From Balanoglossus misakiensis (lineage: Eukaryota > Animalia > Hemichordata): a stretch of 64,000 nt of DNA. The translations under genes were made by a program, and so were the position numbers. Where the stretch lies: positions 2,551,060 through 2,615,059 of the forward strand of contig CM082583.2 of assembly GCA_040954595.2 (NCBI GenBank). Reading direction: 5' to 3'. Under the pieces are notes generated by a model. That model ran no database searches and had not been told where the DNA came from. It was given only the letters and a program-made list of their open reading frames with translations. This document shows positions 26,801-34,600 of this stretch, piece after piece. Each line of letters begins with the position of its first letter. Within the stretch, counting starts at the first letter, position 1.

Positions 26801-29127
26801 TGCAAGAATGGCGAGACGCCAGTCATACATGTGAGAAATCACTCGGTGAATACCAATATGATTGGAGACGGGGAACACTGAGCGTACAGGTATTTTCCAA
26901 AGTCCTACGCAATTCCGATACACACGCAGATGTATACTTATCATGCATAGTATCTTTATATTGATCACAAAGGTTTATGGAATTGAATTGAATTGAAATG
27001 GCGTATATATCGCAGGAGAGATACTGCCAGGAAACTTGGTCTTTGGGCTTCCTAGAATATGCCTCATTACAAATAAAATGTGTGGGTAGCATATGTTAAC
27101 ATTAGATAAATTGTACCAATGTATAGATTTCCCATTCACTAGTGAGAAGTGTATATGCCTGTATATACATATATGTGCACTAGAAGTAAAACAAAACAAC
27201 GTTTGTCCATTTTAATCAACGTGGTACCGAAACAAGCCCAACACTCATTATTATCGAATGTAAACAAATTGCCAGGTCCAAGAATGCAGTGAAATATTAG
27301 AGGTCGTTTCATTGTACCTATAACCAGGTTTGTGCGACAGATGTCGAGAGCCAACAAAATGCAGAATCCCACCGGCGTCGATCTCCTGCCCCGGATCTGT
27401 ACTTTCAGGGACCAACCCTATTCACTGTGGCTAGTATTGGACCATTCGTCAACACCCCACCAACGATCACTTCGGAGAGCGAAATATGGATGTCAGAAGA
27501 TGCGGGGACCATCCAATTTAAAATTACAGCATTTGACGAAGATGGAGACGACGTCAGCTTTGAACTGGACGGTGAAACTGCAGCACAATTTGGATCCGGA
27601 GATGTTTCATTGGCAGGAGATGGAAGTTTGTCATACAAACCTTGCTTGGACTGCTTCGGTGTGCAAAGCTTACAGGTATTGGCCAAAGAAGACAGAAAGG
27701 ACAATTTTGAAGCTCTGTCGACGTCATCAACCTTACGAATAGACGTGCGTGGTATCAACGACAACCCGGAAATTTTCTTAATTACGGATCACTTGAATAC
27801 TAACGATGGAATGTTTCACACGCAAATCGCCACGACAGAAGAAAGAAAACACGACGACGATGGCAATGGTTTTGAAACTGTTTTGGGAGCATTTGACCCA
27901 GACACCTTCGACACTTTGACCTTGTTGTTTGACCCTCCGCAGCACGGCACCCTAGAAACTGGTGTACAGCATACCGCTGTTGAATTCATCAATGAAGACT
28001 GTTTGCCGATATCCAACATCACTGAAGATTACCTGGCCTACAATAGTTCCGATGTATCAACCGTGTTATTCCCGTGCGGGTTGCCCGTTCCACACAGTGT
28101 TGACCGACTTGCGTGGGTCTTCGCTGCCATCAAGTACACCCCGGATGTGGGCTTCCACGGGGAAGACCGTTTCAAGGTGAACGCAGTGGACCAGGGTGGC
28201 GCTCATTCTGACGTCATCACCGTCAAGGTGTTCGTACTGGCACATCCGTGCTTCAACGGGGGGATGTGTAACGGAACTAATTCTGGCCTGGACTGTTTGG
28301 ACACAGAGCGTGCCAAGGGTTTCCATGGCTACTTCTGTAGCTGCCTGCCTGGTTACACCGGCGAGTTTTGTGCCACCGACCACAATGAGTGTTCATCCAA
28401 CCCGTGTCCGACCAACTTCACGTGCATTGACCAGGTATATAAATACAATGTATCTCTATTGGCATGCCAAATCACATGAAACCCCCGAAACACTCGTGGT
28501 TTTACTTGCCTTACCCTTTGTACAGTAAAATCGAATGTGCCGATAAACAAGTCTTTACAATAACAACCTTCGAATTTGTTCTGGGTTGAGTATCAACAAG
28601 GTATTTCTACTTTAATTGGAAAATTTCAGTTCCCTGTACCTCTTTGTGAAGAATAAATTTCACTGAAAACATTTCCTTTATCCTAGATCGACTCGTTCGC
28701 GTGTTATTGTGCAAATTCCGACTGGTCCTGTGGCGGACGATCTTCAAGTTCCAACGCCATCCTAATTGCCTCGATTTGTGGAGGATTTCTTCTAGCTGTC
28801 CTTGTTATCTTGATATGGAGATGGAAACACTGGAAGAAAAACAGGCAATTGAAAGTAGCGTAAGCATGCCGTTTGTGATACCACTATTCCAATCACTAGT
28901 CGTTCATGGTGACTCATGGTCTATTTCTTATTACTGTTTTCTCTTGGCTAAACTTGCTGGCTTAACCCAATCTAAACATCCACTGTGTCTTCAAGATATT
29001 AAGGGGGTTCGTCTGGGGCTGCTAGAGGCACACGTTCTTTATCAGTTTTTTTAGGTCACATTGGTATAGGCATATATACCATGGGACCTTATGGGATCGG
29101 TTGCGTCTGTATGTATGTATGTATGTA

Positions 29128-29169
<42 letters not shown>

Positions 29170-29172
29170 TGC

Positions 29173-29205
<33 letters not shown>

Positions 29206-31636
29206 GATGGATGGATGGATGGATGTCCGTCCACATCAAAAACTTGAAAACCGCTGCTTGTATCACCTTGATATTTGGTGTGCAGATGCAGGCTGGGCTG
29301 TAGATGGGAGTTTGTTCAATTGAAGTTGTCATTGCCAAAATTATGCAAATTAGCTGGAAAATGTGAATTTGGTCAAAACTAAAAAAAACTCAAGAACTAC
29401 TGGTCAGATTGCTTTGCAAAGTGGTGTGTATTTACTTTATTGAGTTGTTTTAATTAGGCAGGAACCCCCTACTGTGATTTATATACACAACAAATTCCTG
29501 CATGATTACATAACTGGCTAAGTTTTAAAGAGGCCAGCTGTTCTATTTAGTGTATGTACAGTACATATGCCATTGGCAGCTCATGGGTCAGTCAGTGTTT
29601 GCCCATTGATCTCTCGCTATATGTGTGTGTGTGTCTGTCTGTCTGTATATGGCCATTTACTCCGATGTATAGACTTTTTCTTGTGTAATACCTCAATGGG
29701 ACCACCGTGTCATTGACGCGATGTTTTCTTAATGCATTCGCATGTACTCGGTAACTATTATATCATACATCAATTTTATCAATAGAAAACAAATGCTTTC
29801 CAACCAGGGAATGGAATTAGCCTCTTATAATCGACTGTAAATCCTATAATGTACAATTATCGGAATATTGTTGAAATCGTTAAAGTGAATTCGCGAAGTC
29901 CTACTTGGAACGGTGCAAGTTGCAGTAACTGTTTAGGGCATACTGCAGCGGTTATTTGATGTTAGTTGTGAGAACACATTTCTTGCATAAACTGGTGGAT
30001 GCATCTTCTGAGGAGTGCTCATATAGTATTATAAAAATGTACAAAACCTTCAAATTGTTATCGAATGAAAGTTACCAGTATCACAATCACCCTACAGGCC
30101 AGAACTTGATGATCTTGCCGATGTATTTGCATACGACAATCCCGCTGAAGACATTGAATTGATTGAAACAGAGAAGGACGGCCCCATTTTGGATTCAACG
30201 AAGGGTGGCATCGATGAAGCCGAATCGAACGTAGACGCTGATAAAGGCGAAGATGATAATGAGACCGATGACACTAATAATGGCGATGGGGACGTTGAAG
30301 AGGTTCTGCATCTTGGTGAAGGTGGAGAAGCAAACGATCCAATGAAGGTAAGGTCAATTTGTCTCAGCCCCGTCTTTCTAACCAACTCTGGCTACCATAA
30401 ATAGAGTTTTACTTCGTGCTTGAGGGTAGCCAAAAACTTATTTGAGGTAGCAAGAATTGTGGGCACATATGTAGCAAATATAATTTTTGGTTCGACTTGT
30501 GTGTAACACTCCAAAATGAATGTCAGAGAAAATACTCGGAGTCTTGGTGTTTCACATGATTGAATGTATTGGTCAGATATGTTTCGACTCGTCTACAGAT
30601 CACATTGAAGACAGTGTCCCTCATATCCCTTTCTTTTCCATATGCCAACGTAGGGTTTGATTTCTTTGTTGGGAGATTTACGTATTATTTATTCCAATAT
30701 ACCTAGGATAATACCACGGATGAAGGTGAAGAACCTGAAATTGTCTTCTCTGTACAGCAGCGTTTTGGATTTGTCGATGCCCCAAATCGTTCGGTAATGT
30801 CTTTCTTCATGTGCTTTGGACTATCTGCCTCGGGACCAATAGTTTTACAAAACTCATCATGAGACAATTACTTTCTTGTGTCACTATCTTAAGTTTGCGT
30901 TTTACGCACGTGTTGAATGTTATATTGAAATTAAAGCCCCGTGAGCACCAACTTTTTGGAAACAATCGCGTGAAATTTATTTTTAAACTGTACTCAATAT
31001 TTGGCCATACAGATGTATATGTACTGTAGTATATACAAGTATCATAAACCCTATAAATATGCAAGTTTTAACCAGATAAATAATAAAGCTTTGCCACAAG
31101 CACATATGGCCGCCATCGTGGAAAAATCCAAAATACAACGTAGACCTTTGTGATTTTATACACAAAGCATACATGATCTCATCCTCTAGAACACATGAAA
31201 GTAAATATGCTCCACTGTGACATTACAATTTTATTTTGCATTGCACTTTCGCATTTTTAAATTGCAGGACTATACCGGTAATACTTTTATTTGTTTGGTT
31301 ATGTTGTCATAAAAAAAGTGTTTTCTTGATATACTACCAGGCAATATCATTTAATAGACAGAGTTAAAAGCATAGTCGAGATTATTTAAAGCTTAATTTT
31401 ATCGAGTTGCAGCTTATGGGGCTTTAACTTAGTTATTATTAATTAGATGACGTCGATAAGCACACATTTCCAGATACTCCCACTTATCAAAGACTATTTG
31501 TATAAAGTGTAAACATTGCTAATTGTGAGTACATGTTATGTCTATTTTCTTTGCTTATTCTTGTTTAAATTTATTCTTTCAGCGACAAGCATGGGGCAGA
31601 GCAAAGAATGAAGATACGGACAAACCCAAATGTTAA
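204..31636 (+). CDS. 5'-partial 43-exon gene: giant uncharacterised type-I transmembrane protein (FN3/Ig-like repeats, GH16/ConA-like insert, cadherin-like, EGF, TM)
   Basis: All 42 introns are phase-compatible (41 GT-AG, 1 GC-AG). Summed exon length 8288 nt = 2 nt + 2762 codons including the stop, with no internal stop seen. Repeated motif D.TPP..G..W..F.D.ESGI..Y..G..YYV.VRA.N.AG...S.GV runs across junctions. Confidence 0.9.
937..1085 (+). CDS. exon 2
   Basis: ctgcag / gtgaga; EPVDDYDVV..EIPVE. Confidence 0.85.
1111..1295. mobile_element. TTAA-flanked MITE (Kolobok-type ends)
   Basis: Perfect 20-bp inverted ends ttaaaggtatacggtcacct / aggtgaccgtatacctttaa. Confidence 0.8.
1831..1975 (+). 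CDS. exon 3
   Basis: tttcag / gtaacg; FDLQLGICSS..DEDEEEDETEDA. Confidence 0.85.
2101..2345. mobile_element. TTAA-flanked MITE (Kolobok-type ends)
   Basis: ttaaagtgaaggggtcgtcgcgcc ... ggcgcgacgaccgcttccctttaa. Confidence 0.7.
2348..2636. mobile_element. TTAA-flanked MITE, ends related to 30931-31427
   Basis: ttaaagccccaagagc ... gctcatggggttttaa. Confidence 0.6.
2991..3109 (+). CDS. exon 4
   Basis: ccaaag / gtaatt; ELDMEYMTL..VVRAK. Confidence 0.8.
3362..3521 (+). CDS. exon 5
   Basis: gtgtag / gtaaat; TIEEIASK..FAIGPVPVQF. Confidence 0.85.
3724..3794 (+). CDS. exon 6
   Basis: ttacag / gttagt; AFGASGSYGLDVSV..TLN. Confidence 0.8.
4168..4325 (+). CDS. exon 7
   Basis: ttgcag / gtaagt; VKVRPEAGAAVYGSVG..FPLDL. 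Confidence 0.85.
4376..4445 (-). mobile_element. LINE (L2/CR1-type) 3' tail remnant
   Basis: Minus strand tgtaaagcgcat..atgcgctctataagaaataaatac(tat)n stem plus repeat tail. Confidence 0.45.
4966..5185 (+). CDS. exon 8
   Basis: ctcaag / gtaatc; SRMDLIMIPLKLEL..DNSPPAF..IPE. Confidence 0.85.
5526..5744 (+). CDS. exon 9
   Basis: tctaag / gtgagt; SQVISKRD..YCVGTYKSGCDI..VIAQ. Confidence 0.85.
5761..6559 (+). mobile_element. Non-autonomous element with 160-bp terminal palindrome (5761-5920); second copy at 48192-48648
   Basis: taattcccccgtatt..aatacgggggaatta palindrome; internal IR tatcacatacata..tatgtatgtgata; colinear similarity to the 48 kb copy. Confidence 0.75.
6581..6755. repeat. (CATA)n(CGTA)n(CAGA)n microsatellite
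   Basis: direct inspection. Confidence 0.95.
6909..7118 (+). CDS. exon 10
   Basis: ttctag / gtaagt; KLSDSIVDFWHVVDDES..SSVNN. Confidence 0.85.
7709..7955 (+). CDS. exon 11
   Basis: tttcag / gtaaga; VGLWSKANSEGVTVDSTPP..WSGFSDKESGI. Confidence 0.9.
8147..8356 (+). CDS. exon 12
   Basis: ttccag / gtaagt; HYVTVSAVNNAG..VDKTPPIAGRV. Confidence 0.9.
8868..8961 (+). CDS. exon 13
   Basis: ttgcag / gtttgt; DCGART..WEPFQDPESPIE. Confidence 0.85.
8977..9093. repeat. (TG)n(TATG)n microsatellite
   Basis: direct inspection. Confidence 0.95.
9232..9495 (+). CDS. exon 14
   Basis: taacag / gtaagt; YQVAVGTSPGG..VRGFNAAGL..SDGV. Confidence 0.9.
9640..9776 (+). CDS. exon 15
   Basis: ttacag / gtatgt; DYQDTNEGLYGQW..YEWSI. 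Confidence 0.85.
10381..10641 (+). CDS. exon 16
   Basis: aaacag / gtatgt; NGETYYLVVRATNMLG..SDGVTI. Confidence 0.9.
10728..10984. mobile_element. MITE with ~33-bp TIRs, probably TA-flanked
   Basis: ggccaaataaaaaaatatgtgctgttccgattac ... gtaatcgtaacagcacaatatttttttatttggcc. Confidence 0.75.
11226..11490 (+). CDS. exon 17
   Basis: ccacag / gtaaga; IDHYEIAAGT..TYYVTVRA..SNGVQV. Confidence 0.9.
11866..12080 (+). mobile_element. L2/CR1-type LINE 3' fragment
   Basis: Translates YGGRAFSYTAPKL..DIRLAPTLDSFKRKLKTYLLEKAY, then (ATTG)n tail. Confidence 0.75.
12235..12364 (+). CDS. exon 18
   Basis: ccaaag / gtaagt; YISSTTSLTLSWSNF..YTWGIG. Confidence 0.85.
12771..13028 (+). CDS. exon 19
   Basis: ttacag / gtacgt; YTVVVMATDESG..VDLTPPESG. 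Confidence 0.85.
13186..13389 (+). CDS. exon 20
   Basis: ttatag / gtgagt; LSVSWSGFYDDDSGLRSYSI. Confidence 0.9.
13451..13535. repeat. (TGGT)n(TGGA)n microsatellite
   Basis: direct inspection. Confidence 0.9.
13656..13830 (+). CDS. exon 21
   Basis: ttccag / gtaatg; YFVHLRATNNAGL..VKDGLDFATDVDYQSS. Confidence 0.9.
14546..14700 (+). CDS. exon 22
   Basis: ttgcag / gtatgg; GVFLHLPNPEGASCPS..FRPEQ. Confidence 0.85.
15032..15157 (+). CDS. exon 23
   Basis: ttacag / gtaggg; LSIKLVRD..HSGAMF..GGKYE. Confidence 0.85.
15439..15622 (+). CDS. exon 24
   Basis: ttacag / gtaggt; LEILAASGEHGAVTSVVFWDGP. Confidence 0.85.
15634..15810. repeat. 177-bp near-perfect palindrome (repeat-derived hairpin)
   Basis: ~76-bp arms acagaaccccatggctc..ttcttgc / gcaagaa..gagccatggggttctgt. 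Confidence 0.9.
15904..16299. repeat. 102-bp direct duplication (15904-16005 and 16198-16299)
   Basis: actcatttgcatacagg..ggtacatatg twice, 2 mismatches seen. Confidence 0.9.
17822..18046 (+). CDS. exon 25 (Cys- and Thr/Ser-rich)
   Basis: taacag / gtaagg; SSCPCNC..STTKVTTNPSTEMTT..SVGFQLHP. Confidence 0.85.
18243..18394 (+). CDS. exon 26
   Basis: ttttag / gtaagg; HFIALWFR..LNFDPSAAWHSYRL. Confidence 0.9.
18877..19055 (+). CDS. exon 27
   Basis: ttctag / gtgtgg; SVELNADGK..FVLSAW..ARFRNV. Confidence 0.85.
19331..19460 (+). CDS. exon 28
   Basis: tctaag / gttagt; CKYGEPFRDGDNAIKAFFAGVGS. Confidence 0.85.
19499..19670. repeat. (TCTG)n(TATG)n microsatellite
   Basis: direct inspection. Confidence 0.95.
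19753..20263. mobile_element. TTAA-flanked MITE (Kolobok-type)
   Basis: TIR ttaaaggcacgtaagctgtaact / agttgcagcttacgtgcctttaa (22/23); body similar to 30931-31427. Confidence 0.85.
20289..20484 (+). CDS. exon 29 (GC donor)
   Basis: ttacag / gcatgt; PCLACTNPCEKTNCDPDC..YHLSIKAVT. Confidence 0.8.
21146..21321 (+). CDS. exon 30
   Basis: atgtag / gtacgc; SGRSALASSNGVYVDDTPP. Confidence 0.9.
22207..22396 (+). CDS. exon 31
   Basis: catcag / gtgagt; VKEYRWAIGS..TYYVMVQAINRA. Confidence 0.9.
22794..22961 (+). CDS. exon 32
   Basis: ttatag / gtaggc; GVTLMATPP..MKWSRVEDDSVDSY. Confidence 0.85.
23727..23844. repeat. (TTAA)n(TTTA)n microsatellite abutting the exon 33 acceptor
   Basis: direct inspection. 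Confidence 0.95.
23849..24053 (+). CDS. exon 33
   Basis: ttatag / gttgtg; LFSIGSSEDDKDIF..HMEPG. Confidence 0.85.
24071..24245. repeat. Imperfect 175-bp palindrome (MITE-like)
   Basis: atacacccttttca..tagcgccct..agcgaggcca / tggcctcgct..agggcgcta..tgaaaagggtgtat. Confidence 0.8.
24561..24640 (+). CDS. exon 34
   Basis: ctccag / gtaagt; TMYSRITVCNKGHKC. Confidence 0.85.
25105..25245 (+). CDS. exon 35
   Basis: aaacag / gtaata; contains RQKKRKR. Confidence 0.85.
25734..25890 (+). CDS. exon 36
   Basis: atgcag / gtaatt; LMAGVLS..YASDASRDFNPFIVNP..DRLLRK. Confidence 0.85.
25992..26305 (-). mobile_element. Non-autonomous element with 143-bp terminal palindrome (26157-26299); relative at 57028-57505
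   Basis: agcaataaaacacccccagccatggtatacc..ggtataccatggctgggggtgttttattgct; subterminal IR ccagtatattga / tcaatatactgg. Confidence 0.8.
26503..26654 (+). CDS. exon 37
   Basis: ttgtag / gtatgt; GPSFYTT..PLNITLGF..PKLVFWQT. Confidence 0.85.
26798..26889 (+). CDS. exon 38
   Basis: aaacag / gtattt; QEWRDASHTC..GTLSVQ. Confidence 0.85.
27328..28434 (+). CDS. exon 39 (1107 nt): two cadherin-like/tandem-95-type domains, EGF and start of a Ca-binding EGF
   Basis: aaccag / gtatat; NTPP..ED..AFDEDGD..GSLSYKP..INDNP; YTPDVGFHGEDRF; PCFNGGMC..CSCLPGYTGEFC; DHNECSSNPC. Confidence 0.95.
28687..28859 (+). CDS. exon 40: end of cbEGF, TM helix, basic stop-transfer segment
   Basis: tcctag / gtaagc; IDSFACYC..AILIASICGGFLLAVLVILIW RWKHWKKNR. 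Confidence 0.9.
29051..29721 (+). mobile_element. Helentron-type non-autonomous element (HINE/DINE-1-like)
   Basis: T-run, IR ggtc(a)catt..atgggacc, microsatellite block, terminal atgggacc + stem cgtgtcattgacgcg + T-run; copies at 44.9-47.6 kb. Confidence 0.7.
30098..30347 (+). CDS. exon 41 (acidic cytoplasmic tail)
   Basis: ctacag / gtaagg; PELDDLADVFAYDNPAEDIE..NDPMK. Confidence 0.85.
30707..30793 (+). CDS. exon 42
   Basis: acctag / gtaatg; DNTTDEGEEPEIVFSV..APNRS. Confidence 0.75.
30931..31427. mobile_element. TTAA-flanked MITE, same family as 19753-20263
   Basis: ttaaagcccc ... ggggctttaa; shared atatgcaagttttaaccagataaataataaagctttgc. Confidence 0.8.
31583..31636 (+). CDS. exon 43, terminal coding exon
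   Basis: strong pyrimidine tract + tttcag; RQAWGRAKNEDTDKPKC-TAA. Confidence 0.7.
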   Translation, partial: RQAWGRAKNEDTDKPKC

Positions 31637-34600
31637 TCCTTTTACTTAAACTTGTTTTAAAGAATCATTTCAGGATTAAATGGATTGGCACTGAAAGATT
31701 ATAAATCTAGCATCCTTGTGGTATTCCTGATCATATATTTGATTTAATATTTTAAAACTAACTTTTAAGTCATTGTAACCATGGCAGATTTTACTTGCTT
31801 GATCTGCCGATTTACCAGAATCAATTTCACTCTCCTGCTAATACATGAAGTGTTTCAAACTGGATTTAATTTTTTAAACTAATAACATTGGATAATTCTC
31901 CTTGCCCACATGCCTACATATACAATGAAATTTTAAATGAATTGGGCAACACAGACACGGGAATTATTGTTCAAGTATGGATTTGCAATTGTTTGTGGTG
32001 GGGGAGCCAAGTGTGTTTCTGCAAAATGTTCCATGGAAGATTTACATAAGATTGTTTCAAGCAAGAATGGACAGCTTCCCAATGAACGAATCCCACAAGT
32101 TGCGTCAGTATAAATCCATGATTGAACCTGAATTATATATGTATTGTATACAAATTAAATTACAGACTGTTAAGGTATAAGTTTGCTGTTGAAAAGGGGC
32201 GACATTGTATACCCCCGACTCCTTTTAAATCAGACAATTTTGTCTTCAATGTGAAAAACATATCAATTGCAGACGATGAATGTCATTTTATACTCTTTTG
32301 TTTGCTGTCAAAGCTTATTCCTGACTTTGCATGTATCATTTCTCTTTGTAACATATTTTTGAACAGATTATGATATTAGAGGATGTTACAATTTTGCTAA
32401 ATTCCGTCCGCTTTTCCGCTGTTTCAATTTTTAGCCGTCCATACTAAGGTTTTATGTCTTATTATCTTCAGACATTATTCGCGTTTGTATGAATCAACCT
32501 CATGTGATTTTTAAATATTCTAAGGCGCCATAACTGTACAAACTGTTTAAGGCTGCCAATCTCTGCGTTTTTTCGGCTGTTTTCACGCAGCTTCCTGAAA
32601 TACGTGTTTCTTCGAGAGACTTTGGTTTGACCAATAAACTGTGTCACTAACTGTAAATGGAATGTTTGTCTCATCATTGACGTTTTCTGTAAGTGACCTC
32701 TTCATATGTAAACTTAATATGCTCCGTTGTTTAAGGAATATTCAAAAATATGCAAAATAGCAATTAATGTTCACAATATCCCAAAATCAAAATCCTAAAG
32801 TTACAGTGTTTTTCTTTGTATAGCGTTTTACTCGCCAAATCATGGTTTGTCATCGGTGATTTTGACTGTCACACAAAGTGAAAATTAATTGTTGTGTGTA
32901 CGTACACAAAATGTTTTTGTTTAAAACGATAAAACTGCGTACAATCATTTTACGTATTTTTGCACAATATTATAATTATATATGTTGTGGTGTGGCGTCG
33001 CCTATGCATGGTCATTACGTGTGCATGTAAGGATTCTGCTCAACAGAAAACGCGGAATAAAAGAAACGAGGGTAAAATTAGCATTTTTGGCCACTTCATC
33101 GATGGAATGCAGTCATAGAAGAAACTGGCTTAACCAACGTGTGGGTGTTGCAAACTGAAAACTGTTGTGTACATTGTACCTGTCTCATCATTGCTTGGAC
33201 CACGACTCCTTAATTCATCTCGATATGACTCGTGTGGAGAACACAATAAATCAATATAAATATTACTTCTGGTCGATGCACCGACACCCGAGTCTCATCA
33301 TCACGACCTCAATTATGCCTGCGGGATGCGCTCGAGGAGAGTGCTTTTTTGAAAGGCCAAAGGTCAACCCCGTTAAGGGCGTGCCCCGGATGTAATAAAA
33401 TACTGTACTATAAAAAATAATCTTGAAAATGAACTGCGGACGGGAACGTGAGCCTTAACTGGTCGATGCCATATTATTTATGGGATTGTCAATGCTGACA
33501 ACCGAGTTTAACATGTTTGTCTTGCAAAATACAGTCCGAGAAAGGCTATGTACAAGTCAAACGAACTGCAACACACAGTCATTGCAGCTATAGTATAGGC
33601 CTATGTTGCACGACCGGTGTTCAACCCCAGAAAATTAAAATACAAACACCTGGTAGGAAACTTGGTGTGTTTACGTTTGGATATTCTAAGACTGGAAAAC
33701 CCATCGCTCGAGGGCACTCGCTGAGCTCCAACATTATTCAGCGTACTGAAAAACAGCCCTAAAGTATAGACAGTGACACTATAAAAATAATGGCTTCATG
33801 GAAACTGTGACAATTTATTATTTCAGTTTTTACATACTGAACCATGACAACTGACCAAGTCACTCATGAGTTATTTTATTTTAGCAAGTAAAGTATTATA
33901 CAAACAAAAGTTAAGAGTTATGCTACAAAGTAAACTGCCATCATCAACTGGGATGCTTTGAAAAGTAACCTTCCTAATTTCAACATGCTGTATACTAGTA
34001 TTTTATAGACGTAACTCGTTTTCATTTTCTTTTTTGCAAAATTCTTTGCTGATGACAGCCATTGTTGTGTCAATTATTTAAAACAATTCTGTTGTTCGTG
34101 ATATTCAAGTTGCAATACTGTGATTCAAAATGTTCCACGCTTTCCTGTAACCGAAAACGCAGTCTTATTTTGACTATGACTCCTTGATTCACAAAAATAT
34201 TCTTCAACATAGGTCACCTTATAGTTGTCACGTGCTGCAATGCTTCAATTATTTCGCACGCATTTTAAATTTAATATTTATCGTTACAAAGGACGTCATC
34301 TTAATAGGGGTTATCCCAACCCAGCATTTTCGTACAGACGAACAATGCACAAAACATAGCTTGGTATCACACTGTAAGCGAAGCTGTATGGGCACAGAAT
34401 ACTTGTACTCAAATGATCCCATTGACCCGATTCAGGTCTTTTGTTTTCGCTGCGTCTGACGATACAAAATACACGTGTAAACGGGGTAGACACTTTTTTC
34501 TATGAATATGCTTTATGATGTTCCCGTTACTGATATAGAGTCTACATCAAATGATGTCTGCCATTAGGGCCTACAGACACAGGTCATATTTAGCTAAAAA

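Noticed and set aside
27405-28550. Overlapping alternative-frame and antisense ORFs over exon 39
   Set aside because: Expected shadows of a GC-rich coding exon.
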